DNA of 64,000 nt, from positions 26,206,964 through 26,270,963 of the forward strand of contig NC_069002.1 of assembly GCF_001194135.2 (NCBI RefSeq). Reading direction: 5' to 3'. Source of the stretch: Octopus bimaculoides. Taxonomy: Eukaryota. This document shows, piece after piece, positions 36,337 through 49,049 of this stretch. The number at the start of each line of letters is the position of its first letter. Position 1 is the stretch's first letter. Below the pieces are notes generated by a model, which saw only the letters and a list, made by a program, of their open reading frames with translations, did no database searches and was not told the DNA's origin. Made by a program: the position numbers and the translations under genes.

Positions 36337-37892
36337 TAGGATATTTTATGGCTTGGTCATGTTGATTAATAAGTGCCATTCTGCTGTAAATTATTGGTGA
36401 AGTGCCATGTGGAATCACCTATCAATTGTGAAATATTCTTCAGTGATACAGTTCGTCATCTCAATTAATTGCTTCCTATACAAATGAGAATTGGCATTAT
36501 ATTTCAACTGATAAAATATTACTGCTGTATATACACCATAAATAAACATATAACAATCGATTCTACATTGAAAGAATCACCAAAAATTACCCTCATTATT
36601 CCAAGAAATAATTTTCAAAAGACTCGGGTCTAATTTCTGTTTTTTGTTTTTTTTTTCATCATCTAATTATTCATTATCAATTTTAAACGAGACTTCTTGC
36701 CTACTTCTTAATTATTCTTTAAACTTTCTTTCCATTCTTTTTTTGCTTCGTTACTTATTTCTAATTATTTTTCTTGATAGAAACACACACACACACAAAA
36801 AAAAAGTAATTAATTGCTTCAGTTTGTCTTAGTTTATTTCTTTCTGATGTTAGTGTTGTTGTTTCATTTTCTTAGATCTCAGTATTGAAGTGTAAAATAA
36901 TCAAATATATATTTATAACCACCAGACTCATTTTAAAATTAGCTGAAGATAGTGAACATTTTCTTCTTTGGAAATACAAATGTGATACATTTAGACATTA
37001 TTCTACAATTTTAAACATTTAAAATCAATGTTGGATATTTAAGTTTTCTTTTTTCCTCTCTTCTTTATGTATTTATTTCCAAATAACTCCATTTATAAAT
37101 TATGTTCGTCTTTTTATTTGCTGTTGATTTTAAAAATTGGTTTGAATAGAAGCAGTTCTCCGTGATATTTTCCACCCTCTGAAATAAAAATTTTCTTTTT
37201 TACATTTGTTTGTTCTACAGTTTATTCATCCATAGTCTTGCAGTTTTCTAGAATTTTTCTATATGTTATCAATATTTCATACAAAACACCCACAGAAAAA
37301 GAAAAAAAAGTGAACAAAGGAAAACAAAAAAAAAATAGCATGAAATTTAACACTATGGTCATTCCACAGACACCATAGAAAGTTGTAGTTTCTGTAAATG
37401 TCAGCAAATTTTTACTGGTAAAGTGTAGGAATCAAGTAAACATAACACAATGAAGGAAGACAATTTATTGCTCCGGTTTCCTTTTTGTGCTTCTGTTTAG
37501 TAGGACTGACAAAAAACATTGATCACTCATAAACTATCCGTCAATGACACTAGATTTTATTGGTTTCTTTAAAAAAGAAAAAACTACACATTTATCATAA
37601 AACTGAAGGAAAGCAAATAAATACATCTTAACATAATAAGGCATATGCTTCAGTATCGACAAACTAAACAACACAAATCTTTCATAAATATAATTACTGT
37701 ATAATAATGTTTTACCATTATCTGAATATCAATAGTTATATTAGAATTATTGATCGGTGACGGACCACTAAACATAACGGCATTAGTTCAAATCTTTCAA
37801 TAGACATTGTTATGTTTATAAGGCATTTAAAATGCAGGGTCATTAGTGTGTTGGACAGATTGTTTTATGGTAATCATTTTGACTGTCCACAC

Positions 37893-38105
37893 CAATGGTT
37901 CTTAACCATTTTTTTCCTGTGGACTCCTTTGATTACTATTTTATGGTACTGGAACTCCATAACTACTTGATATTTTTTAAAATCCCATTATACTTTTATA
38001 ATTAAATATTAGGAATTGTATAAAAAGAATTGTTAAACTATTTTATAGAAACATAACCAATTTATTGCATTTTAGTGACAAAATCTTATATGAACCCCCA
38101 AGGGC
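37893..38105 (+). mobile_element. hAT-like MITE fragment
   Basis: caatggttcttaacc start; homologous to 43664-44047. Confidence 0.55.
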
Positions 38106-40451
38106 TGTGAACTACTGGTCAGCATTGTGAATTCAGATACCTCCAGGGTCAACTTTGCCTTTCACTTGTTCAGGGGTTGGTAATATCTTACTTTTTCTTT
38201 CTTTCTGTCTGTTTTTCTCTCTTCTGGAAGAAATCAGCCGAAATCAAATCTGGAATGGGTCTGAGTGCTGCCAGAACTGAAAATACCCAAGACATAATGT
38301 TATGGCAGCACCTCAACAACTCCATCAAGGAGTTGAGAGCACAAGACAAAGCAAAGCATTGATATGTTTCCTTAATCAAGGAACACAACTCTCACCTGAT
38401 CTCACCTGATAACTTTGAATAAGCATCTATCAAAAAATGCTGTCTGATATCTGGAACTATCCTGCTGCTCCAGAGAGATTTTAAAGCTGACCATAACCAC
38501 ATAGTTCTGACCTGTGTGGGAGAGACTACAGAGAGCAAGGGCCTTGTCCTTTCTTCCTAATTAAACCTTTAAAAAACAAACAGTAACACTATGCTGACAC
38601 TTACCTGTAGCACTTACCTTCCTGTAACAGAAGGAAAAAAAAAGCAAACAAAACCTCTTTGATATATTCTTGCTTATTGATTTCCATAGGTCAAAAATGG
38701 TAAGGCTCAAAACTTGTATAATGGAATGATCTGTGAATATATCATGAATCATCATCATCACATTCATTAAATGTCCACTTTCCCATGGTTGTATGGGTCA
38801 GGCTGAATGTATTGTGGTAGATTTTTCTACAGTTGGGATTTTGTTGTTGCCAACTCTCACCTGTTCCCAGGTAAAGTAATATTTCCCATGGCCTGACATG
38901 TTTTTCCACAGAAGAGGCTGGAAACAAACAAACACCACTTGTACAACAGTGATGTTTGTTTACAACCACCACATGATACCACAACAAGAGTAAGCACACA
39001 CACATGTAGACACATGCACACACACACACACACATACACACACACATACACACACACACACACGCACACGCACACACACACGCACACACACGCACACGCA
39101 CGCGCACGCACACGCGCACACACACACACACACACATAAGAGGCTTCTTTTACTTTCTGTATACCAAATCCACTGAGAAGGCTTTGGTCTGTCCAGGGCT
39201 ACTGTAGAAGACTGAACCTGAATCCACATGGTTGGGAAGCAAGCTCCTTAACCACAGCCATGTCTGTGTCCGAATATCATTTAATGTAAATAATTGTCTT
39301 TCCTGTAATTTATAATTCCACTTAAATTCTCTCAAAACGGAATTAAGAGTCAGAATAGTTTATGATACAAGTGATGACAGCAGTTAGTTCAAAGTTGAAT
39401 ACATTTAATGAAATGCGTGTTTGATCGTTAACCTTAGAATTAATTAGTCAGTTATATACCTAGTTAATCCATCTTATTGTTATACACTCACCTGCAGTTT
39501 AACACAAAGTCCCTTATCTGTCCCTTACTCTCTGTGGAAGCTGGACACTTCTATTTGCTGTAATTGCTTCACAATGTCATTAATCTTAGACATTTATCAA
39601 ATGAGTTCTTTCTTCAAACTGCTGTCTTTAGGATGTGCCATTTGATTTTGGTAAATTTGCTCTTTTATTCCATTGCTTGTTTCAGTCACCGGGAAGATGG
39701 CTATGCCTGTCATAGCACTGCTTCTTTTGTCAATCATATCAGCACCAGTTTATTTTAGATTAGTACTGATTCTATCAACCTCTGATTATCAAATAATTGA
39801 TTTACCTTTTGACAGAAGAATTCCAACCACATTTCATGGTTCATTACCTCAACAGTTCCTTTATAGAATCCAGTGGCTAAGGCCATCATCAGGAGGAACC
39901 ACGTCCAGTTTCAGCCCCTACTCCTCTACTGTTTCCAATGTGGTGCCCTCCACCTTTTGGAGGTGTCTTCAGCTCTGGTTTTGAGTGCGTTTTTTTGTCT
40001 TTTTTCTTTGGCTTTTTGTTCTTTGGTTTCTCCGATGCAGCTTCAACAAATGTCAGCAGGTGAATGACCACCCTGGCAAACTTCCCTTCGAATACTCACC
40101 GGTAGGATCCAGCAGCCATATAATCCTCACTACTTGACACAATGGGTCACTCCAGTATACACAAACATAGGAACGTATACCCATATAAACATGTGCATAC
40201 ATGCATGTAGATAATCAACATGCATGTACTTCACAGTACACATCAGAACACGTAAAAAAATGCAGGAATTTTCAATGAATGACCTCAGTAAATAATTAAA
40301 ATGACAACAGTAATGATAGAATCTTAAATATATCATACAAAAGGATATTTTTATGATATGACATGAATAATATACTTTTGGTGTCAAATGGTATTACACA
40401 AATAAATAATTGGTTGTTGTTATCACAGAAATATAATATTGCAGAATAATA

Positions 40452-41022
40452 CGAGGGTTTGAGTCAAATTGTAATGCCATTTTGTTTAGGACAGGTATAA
40501 TTACCAACACAGGAACATGTATCATACATCAAAATGAAGCTGGTCCTCTGTGGATCACATCCCTACTTCTCAACATAGTCACCGTTTCTCTCAATAGCAA
40601 TGTTCCACCTTCGAATAAGAGCATGTATCCCTGCCCTGTAAAATTCTGTTGACTGTTCTTTGAGCCACTTCTTCACTACAGTTTTCACTTCCTCATCACT
40701 GGAATAATTTAGCGCCTTCAGACTATCATCTCTTTGGCCCCACAAAAGAGGGTTTGAGAGGCAAACATTATTCCAGTGATGAGGAAGTGAAAACTGTAGT
40801 GAAGAAGTGGCTCAAAGAACAGTCAACATAATTTTATGGGACAGGGATACATGTTCTCATTCGAAGGTGGAACATTGCTATTGAGAGAAACGGTGACTAT
40901 GTTGAGAAGTAGGGATGTGATCCACAGAGGACCAGCTTCATTTTGATGTATGATACATGTTCCTGTGTTGGTAATTATAACCTGTCCTAAACAAAATGGC
41001 ATTACTTTTAGACTCATCCTCG
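40452..41022. mobile_element. Palindromic mariner derivative made of two 3' ends
   Basis: TA flanks at 40450-51 and 41023-24; arms 40452-40708 / 40767-41022; plus strand from 40709 reads LAPSDYHLFGPTKEGLRGKHYSSDEEVK...ERNGDYVEK*. Confidence 0.9.
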
Positions 41023-41326
41023 TATATGTTAATACAGAATGCACTCCATACTACTTAAATGTAGATATGATATTTAGTATTGCACTGATCAACTACTGAC
41101 TGTTAAACCAACACATGTCAAACTAACACGGTTTACTATGCCCCTGGCATTTCTTATTGTAATCTGTTAGTCCACCTTCTGTAATGTGAGGGTGTTTTGG
41201 ATTTTCCTATAACAGTGTATATAATTCAGGACATAAAGTTGTTTCAATTTTTTTTTTTTTGGATACATCACATTAGAAGGAATGGAATAAATTTATACAC
41301 ACACACACACATAAAATTATATATAT

Positions 41327-41366
<40 letters not shown>

Positions 41367-41930
41367 CTAGGTCATTGTGATTTGATCTAAAGTGAACAGG
41401 ACAAACCCATTGCATATGTATTCTTAAATTCTGTCTTACAGATACTGTTTCACAAAATCACAAATGCTCAACTGCGCAAAATATAAATTTTTTTTAAAAT
41501 TCAGACCTGCCCACTGGGACTGAATTTAGAAACACGTAGCTGTTAAATCAACATTTAAACCACACAGCTCAGCTTATCTCAAGTTTTAAATATTCTTCAC
41601 ATAAATCAGAGTTCTCTTTAGTGATATTACTCAATATAAACAAACAAACCATGACATGCAGTAAAATAAACATGTATATTTAAATTCAGTCAGCATGCAA
41701 TTTTGATATATGTGCTTGTGTTTTTGTAGGTACATGTGTGTGTGTGTTTGTGTGTGTGTGTAAGTTAAATTTAAAATAGAAAAATAAGGTTTAGAAAGGA
41801 GACATTAAAATGCAGTATTCAAACCTTGTTTCAGATAAGTTCCACGTAGTGTACACTCCGTCTTCCATATCAATCATTTAAAATGTGTGTGTGTGTGTGT
41901 GTAAATATATATAATATATATATATATATA

Positions 41931-41972
<42 letters not shown>

Positions 41973-42029
41973 TATATATATATATAAACTTATAAAGACA
42001 GAGAGAGATAAGTATATATTTTCTCTCCC

Positions 42030-42160
42030 TGTTTATTTTTGTGTTCCTTTCTGTCGAAGAGCGTAGGCTCGAAATGTAAAAGACTTTCTCACTTCCCGAG
42101 CGTTAAACTAATACATCTGTTTGTTGTTTACACACCCATCTTATGTTTTTTGTAAATTCT
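42030..42160 (+). mobile_element. Penelope-like repeat fragment with minimal hammerhead-like motif (42047-42082)
   Basis: CTTT-CTGTCGA-A-GAGC gtag GCTC-GAAA-TGTA-AAAG. Confidence 0.55.
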
Positions 42161-42334
42161 CACTAAGTTTATATATATATATATATATATACATATATAT
42201 ATGCATATTTTATTGTGTATGTCAGGTGTGTCAGTTTGGGGTAGCCATAAAAAATGCAGTTTTGACAAAGCTCTCTTATGGTATTTCATCCAAGTTTTTT
42301 TTTTCCTTGTTTTAGTCTAGAGGATGGCTCTCCA

Positions 42335-42565
42335 GCCATGACCTTTACAACTCTCATTAACAATTCTCTTAAAATGTTGCAAGTATTTTGCTAAAAAAAC
42401 ATGTGCAGAGAGGGAATTCCAGAAGGCCAGTGTTCCGGAGAAGAAGGATTGGATATTGTAATTGGTGTGCAGGCTGGTGAGAGTGGAGAGTGTAATATGG
42501 AGGATAAGTGGAAGAGGAGGAAAGATGAATGATTCAGAAGGGTTTGAGTCAAGATGGCACAAGAC
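42335..42565 (-). mobile_element. CR1/L2-group LINE ORF2 C-terminal fragment
   Basis: HTNYNIQSFFSGTLAFWNSLSAHVF...LQHFKRIVN resembles the SFF.RT..LWNSLP..VF....L..FK..VN motif. Confidence 0.6.
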
Positions 42566-43350
42566 TTGTCAGTTCTTATAAGCAGAGGCCATTATAGTAG
42601 TGGTGCCAAAAGCAGAGAGAGGACATAACGTGTATGTGAGATAGAGTTTAGGGTGTGATTGTGAGTGATTTTATGATAATCAGTTGAGCGAGTTTATCTG
42701 TCAGTTACGATGACAAGTATTCCAGTTGATCTGATCATTGGAACATCCTGCTCATGAAATTAATATACAAGTGGCTCAGTACTCCTTTACGTAGTTCTCA
42801 GGGAGATTCAGTGTGACACAGAGTGTGACAAGGCTGGCCCCTTTGAATTACAGGTACTACTCATTTTTGCCAGCTGAGTGGACTGAAGCAATGTGAAATA
42901 AATTGTCTTGCTCAAGGACATGACGCGTCGCCAGGAATTGAACTCACCCCCTTATGATTGTGAGCCAAATACCCCTAACCACTAAGCCATATCTAGGGTG
43001 TCTGTGATGTAGCAGTTGTACTTTTAGTGTGTGTCTTACTCAGAATTTCTAGAAAGGTTAGTAACTGTTGGGGCTGGAAGTATTTTGTGGTGAAGATCTT
43101 CAGTGTTAGCGAAGTTTAGCATTTGAAGAATTTGTAGATATTGTTCTAGTTGTGTGCTCTTAGAGTTCAAAGGGTTTGAGGTACAATGATATTTATTGCT
43201 GTGTGCGGTGATTGTGTTTTTTTAGGCATCAAAGGAAATGAGATTAGCACACACCTATTGGAGGAAGAAAAGAAAAATTACTGGCCTTGTGCTAAAATTT
43301 GAAACCGTTTATACTTCCATAAATCAATGTTTTGATTTATAACATTGTTT

Positions 43351-43388
43351 GCTAATTCTTTGTTCTTTTCCATTTTTTTCAGGTAAGT
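43351..43388 (+). other. Candidate recursive splice site (zero-length exon)
   Basis: gctaat branch-point-like motif, pyrimidine tract, cAG|GTAAGT. Confidence 0.45.
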
Positions 43389-43663
43389 TGATATCCTTGC
43401 ATGTCTACCTGTCTGTCTTGGTAAGAACAATTAATTCCACTACAAAAATGGTATGTTTCTTCATCATGTCTATATCTGAATGTCCTTGTTATGTACTTGC
43501 TTGTGGGCGTTGACTCCAGCTCAAAAACAAATTTCCCTCATGACAATTTGCGTACCAATTCTGAGACAATGAGTACAGTCATGCGTCTCACATAAACTCA
43601 CTCACTTACATCATACAGGTCTAACTACTAGGCTTAAACATCCCCATGGGATTAATTCTTTAG

Positions 43664-44047
43664 CAATAGGGGTTCTCAACCATTTTTTTGTCTATGGACC
43701 CCTTTGATTACTATTTTATTTTGGTGGACCCCCATAGCCATTTGATGTTTAAAAACTTTAAAGAAACGTCTTTTAAAATTCTTTTGTTTTCCTCGCATTG
43801 ACTTGTGAAGGTTGAACTCTGTAAAATGTTAAAGAAAGGAACCTGTTCCTCGCCATAAATACCAATACAAGATACATCGAAAACAAAATTTTTTCAGGGG
43901 CACTTACAATATTATTGTGGATCCCCAATTGACTATTTTGTTTTGTGGACCCCAACAAAATCTCATATGGACAATCAGGGACCATATGGACGATTAGGTG
44001 TCACATGGATGATTGGGGGTCATATGACCCCTGGTTGAAGAGCATTG
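43664..44047. mobile_element. hAT-like MITE
   Basis: caat..ggggttctcaacc ... ggttgaagagcattg imperfect TIRs; internal atggaccc subrepeats. Confidence 0.6.
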
Positions 44048-44052
44048 CTTAA

Positions 44053-44257
44053 ATCAGCCATGTCTGGCCCAAATATTTCACCTGTTTAATGTTGAAACTA
44101 GCCAGATCCAGCCTCTCACACCTATCCTACAATGTCATTCTAAAAGTAAGCAATCACTTGAAATCTCAAAGCTACAAGATAATGCATGATTAATTCAACT
44201 CAAGGTGAATAAATAAGCATTAGATTTGACAGAGTAACCTGAAAGCTGAAGGGTTAA
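44053..44257. mobile_element. piggyBac-like MITE family 2 (inverted relative to 10960-11185)
   Basis: gccagatccagcctctcacacctatcctacaatgtcattc...gaagggTTAA. Confidence 0.65.
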
Positions 44258-44499
44258 CTTACATGCACGCACACTTATATACACAACTACTTCTATAAAC
44301 ACACGGACACACACATTGCTATCACCATGCGTACACGTACAAATATCTGCAAACTTTCAGAGGATTTTCTTAAACTTTTGATTTGTGTGTGTGTGTTGTA
44401 TACGAAGTGAAGATAAATTCAGAAGATATTTTTTTTCATTAATTTTATCTATTTTTTTTAAAAGCTCATTTATTGAACTATTGTGCATACCCTTGATGA

Positions 44500-44536
<37 letters not shown>

Positions 44537-44593
44537 TTGGTGCCACAAAAAAAAAATAACCAAAAAACATTTCTGTGTGTTGGATGTGTTGGG

Positions 44594-44638
<45 letters not shown>

Positions 44639-45322
44639 TCTGTGTGTGTAAATATATAATATATATTTACCTATTGATACACACACACACACACACACAC
44701 ACGTATATATATCAAAGTTTGTATATCAGTAGGTAAATAAGATAAAAATTTATTTGTAAAAAAAGAAAAAAGACCTTGGTGGATACAATTAAATTATTGC
44801 TGGAAGAAAGAAAGAAAACAAAAAAAAAGACAAAACATAATTCACCCCCCTCCACACAACCTAAAAAAAGCCGATAATTTATACGAAAATAAAAAAAGAA
44901 GTTAACTTTTATAAACGAATCTATCCCGATCTGACTGGTTATCTTTGTGTTAAGTTTGTGTAAGGTCCCTTATGTGCATCATCAATCTTAACCGAGATTG
45001 TGAATGGCAATCATATAGGGAACCTATGTAAATATTTATCGAATTTCATAAGCATTGGTCTGGAAAGATAGGAGGAACTTTGGAACATTCTTCGAAATAT
45101 CTATTGCAGATTTGCTTCTCGCATCAGAGAAATTTCAAAAACCAAACAAATCATTTAACTCACAGTAGAATACAGAGTAGTAGTAGTAGTAGTAGTAGTA
45201 GTAGGTGGGGAGGGGGAGGAGGAGGAGGAGTAGTTGTTGGTTAGCTCTGGGTCAGCCCTGGGGTTAAACAGACATACGTCGTCAGCATCATCATCGTTTT
45301 AATGCCCACTATTGTTTGAATC

Positions 45323-46030
45323 ATCATCATCATTGTCTAGCGTCCGTTGTCCATACTGGCATGGATTGAATGGTGTGACCAGAGTTGGCAAGCCGGGAGC
45401 GGGAGGGGGGAAATGCACCAGACTCCAGTCTGATTTGGCAAGGTTTCTATGGCTGGATGCCCTTCCTCATGCCAACCATTTTACAGAGTATGCTGGGTGC
45501 TTTTACATGGCACCACATGGGCTCTTTTACATGGCACTGCATGTGCTCTTTTATGATGTGCGACATCGACACTTTTATGTGGCACCTTACGGGTGTTACA
45601 TGACACTGCACATATGCTTTTATGTGGCACCGCATTGGCACTTTTACGTGAAACTGCATGAGTGCTTCTATGTGGCACCACCAGCGGGCTCGATCTGAAC
45701 ACTTCTGCTGTGGGGTATGGGTAATCTTCTTGATTATGGCCCACCAACAGGTATCTTGGTTCTTTGTCATTTCACCTGAAAGGTTCAGCTTCCTGAGGTC
45801 AGACTTCAGTACTTCATGCCATGTCTTCCAGGATCTCCCACTTCCACATGTTCCATCCACTTTGAAAGATTAGCACTTCTTTATGGAGCTGTCAGCATCC
45901 GTCCGCTTCACATGACCAAACCAGTGAAATCTTCTTTCTTGCACACCGCAACCAATTCCCCTTATGCCTAACTTCTCTCTCAGAACACTAACACTCTGTC
46001 AAACATGTACGCTTACATTACACATCCAGC
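45323..46030 (-). mobile_element. RTE LINE 3' fragment
   Basis: WMCNVSVHV...REKLGIRGIGCGVQERRFHWFGHV...GTCGSGRSWKTWHEVLKSDL; (CAT)n tail; about 21-bp subrepeats in the 3'UTR at 45498-45680. Confidence 0.8.
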
Positions 46031-46312
46031 GGAACATATTAACCTTATTTAGCCTCGTTCTTTTAATATTTATAGAATTTGTTGAAACAGATTTTTTCTG
46101 CACGGGATGCTCTTCCAGTCACTAACCTTCGCCTGTTTCCAATCAAGTTAATAATATTTCCTCATGGCCAGACAGGAGGTTTCTGCAGAATATTGGTAAA
46201 AATAAGAAAATGAATGTTTTATACTGCTTGTATGGCGGTGATGCTCATTTACGACCATTATACAATCTCAAGACAAGGAGACACAAACATACACACTCAA
46301 ACGAGCATGCAT

Positions 46313-46686
46313 AGGTGCAGGTGTGGCTGTGTGGTAAAAAGTTTGCTTCCCAACCACATGGCTCCAGGTTCTGTCCCACTGCATGCCACTTTGGGCAAAC
46401 ATCTACTATAGCCTTGGGCCAACCAAAGCCTTGTGAGTAGATTTTGTTGACGGAAACTAAAAGAAGCCCATAGCATATATTTGTGCCTGTGTTTGTCTCT
46501 CATCACTGTTTGGAAACTGGTGTTGGTATGTTTATGTTTGCATAACTTAGCGGTTCAGCCTAAATGATCGATGGAATAAATACCAAGCTTAAAAAAAATT
46601 AATACTGGGGTTGATTCTTCCAGTTAAAATTCTTTGAGGTGATACTCCAGTATGGCCACAGTCTAATGACTGAAACAAGTAAAACG
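46313..46686 (+). mobile_element. SINE family A, full length
   Basis: aggtgcaggtgtggctgtgtgg...gactgaaacaagtaaaa. Confidence 0.8.
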
Positions 46687-46703
46687 TACACATACATACA
46701 TAT

Positions 46704-47222
46704 AGGTGCAGGCTTACCAACCACATGGTTCTGGGTTCAGTCCCACTGCGTGGCACCTTGGGCAAGTGTCTTCTGCTATAGCCTCAGCCTGACCAAAGCC
46801 TTGTGAGTGGATTTGGTAGATGGAAACTGAAAGAAGCCCGTCATATATATATATATATATATATATANNNNNNNNNNNNNNNNNNNNNNNNNNNNNNNNN
46901 NNNNNNNNNNNNNNNNNNNNNNNNNNNNNNNNNNNNNNNNNNNNNNNNNNNNNNNNNNNNNNNNNNNNNNNNNNNNNNNNNNNNNNNNNNNATATATATG
47001 TATGTATTTGTGTGTCTGTGTTTGTCCCCCCCCCCCACCATTGCTTGACAACCGATGCTGGTGTGTTTATGTCCCCCTAACTTAGCAGTTTGGCATAAGT
47101 AACCGATAGAATACGCATTAGGCTTACAAAGAATAAGTCCTGGGGTCAATTTCCTCAACTAACACTTTTTAAGGTGGTGCTCCAGCATAGCTGAAGTCAA
47201 GTGACTGAAACAAATAAAAGAA
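46704..47222 (+). mobile_element. SINE family A (N gap within its TA tract)
   Basis: Colinear with the other copies; head has a small deletion. Confidence 0.8.
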
Positions 47223-47797
47223 TATATATGTGTGATGGGCTTCTTTCAGTTTCCACCGGCTAAATCTACACAATGAGATTTTGGTTAGACTTGAGCTATA
47301 CTAGGAAACATCTCCCGAAAGTGCTTTGAAATAGGATTGTAGAGGTACGTGGCTTAGTGGTTAGGGGTATTGGACTCATGATCGTAAGATTGTGGTTTCA
47401 ATTTCTGGATCAGGCAACGTGTTGTGTTCTTGAACAAAACACGTTTCATGTTGCTCCAGTCCAGTCAGCTGGCAAAAATGAGTTAATCCTGTAATGGACC
47501 AGTGTCACATCCAGGTGGATAATATATACACCACGGAAACTGGGAAACCAGCCTTATGAGTCAGTGTGACTCGAGAAGGTAACTTAATCTTTACTATGCA
47601 CTGGGATTGAACTTGAAATCACATGGTTGGGAAGCAAACCTCTTAACCACCCAGCCATACCGATAATCAGACATTCAAACCATAATCAATCTGAACTTTT
47701 GTATATCCAAGACTACATCGTCCGTGGTATATATCTCAGGCAATAGGGGATGATCTGAGGGAGACTTGGCTGCTATGGCTAAGATAAACAACTGCAT

Positions 47798-47878
47798 CAG
47801 TGGTTCCCAACCTGTGGGGTCCGTGGATCCCTGGTGGTCTGCAAAAGTAGTACTGGGCATCCATGAGCTAAATTCAAA

Positions 47879-47924
<46 letters not shown>

Positions 47925-48008
47925 AGGATAAGCATATTAAAAGGGGTCCGTGAGAAAACTCGTTTAAATAAAAGGTTTCCTTGATAGTGAAAAGGTGGGG
48001 AACCATTG
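47798..48008. mobile_element. hAT-like MITE
   Basis: CAGTGGTTCCCAACCT ... AGGTGGGGAACCATTG TIRs; 8-bp flanks aactgcat / aattacat (6 of 8 match). Confidence 0.7.
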
Positions 48009-48020
48009 AATTACATAGAA

Positions 48021-48743
48021 CAGTGTTTCTCAACCTTTTTAATATTCTGCCCAGATCCAAAACTTGGATTTGCTTTAGTGGGGGAGGGTGCTCCTAAAAN
48101 NNNNNNNNNNNNNNNNNNNNNNNNNNNNNNNNNNNNNNNNNNNNNNNNNNNNNNNNNNNNNNNNNNNNNNNNNNNNNNNNNNNNNNNNNNNNNNNNNNNN
48201 NNNNNNNNNNNNNNNNNNNNNNNNNNNNNNNNNNNNNNNNNNNNNNNNNNNNNNNNNNNNNNNNNNNNNNNNNNNNNNNNNNNNNNNNNNNNNNNNNNNN
48301 NNNNNNNNNNNNNNNNNNNNNNNNNNNNNNNNNNNNNNNNNNNNNNNNNNNNNNNNNNNNNNNNNNNNNNNNNNNNNNNNNNNNNNNNNNNNNNNNNNNN
48401 NNNNNNNNNNNNNNNNNNNNNNNNNNNNNNNNNNNNNNNNNNNNNNNNNNNNNNNNNNNNNNNNNNNNNNNNNNNNNNNNNNNNNNNNNNNNNNNNNNNN
48501 NNNNNNNNNNNNNNNNNNNNNNNNNNNNNNNNNNNNNNNNNNNNNNNNNNNNNNNNNNNNNNNNNNNNNNNNNNNNNNNNNNNNNNNNNNNNNNNNNNNN
48601 NNNNNNNNNNNNNNNNNNNNNNNNNNNNNNNNNNNNNNNNNNNNNNNNNNNNNNNNNNNNNNNNNNNNNNNNNNNNNAATAACCCTGGGCCAACCAAAGT
48701 TTTATGAGTGGATTTGATAGACAGAAACTGAAAGAAGTCTGCT

Positions 48744-48785
<42 letters not shown>

Positions 48786-49049
48786 ACATGATGATATAGT
48801 ATGAAAGTGTGTGTTTGTGTCACCTTGTCTTGACACAGCATAATAGTTGTAAATGAGAGTCACTGTCATACAAGCAGAGTCATTCATTTCCAATATTCTG
48901 CGAAAATATGTGNNNNNNNNNNGGGAGGGTGCTCCTAAAAAAGTAACCCACAAGTCAGTTAAAGAAAATTTTATATTTATAGGCAGAAGGATGCTTAAGG
49001 GTCACCAGAAGGATGCTTGAGGGCTGCATACCATTGTTAAGAACTGCTG
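48021..49049. mobile_element. hAT-like MITE spanning gaps, with an inserted SINE A fragment
   Basis: cagtgtttctcaacc ... tgttaagaactgctg; gggagggtgctcctaaaa repeated next to both gaps. Confidence 0.45.

Noticed and set aside
39870-39930. Circularly permuted hammerhead (GAAA...CTGATGA on minus)
   Set aside because: Only 16 nt lie between GAAA and the core, so stems III and I cannot both form
39889-40140. Lys-rich minus ORF (EKPKNKKPKKKDKK) and nearby CCG|GTGAGT donor
   Set aside because: Lys richness comes from a T-rich tract, there is no good acceptor and no recognised homology; an exon cannot be excluded
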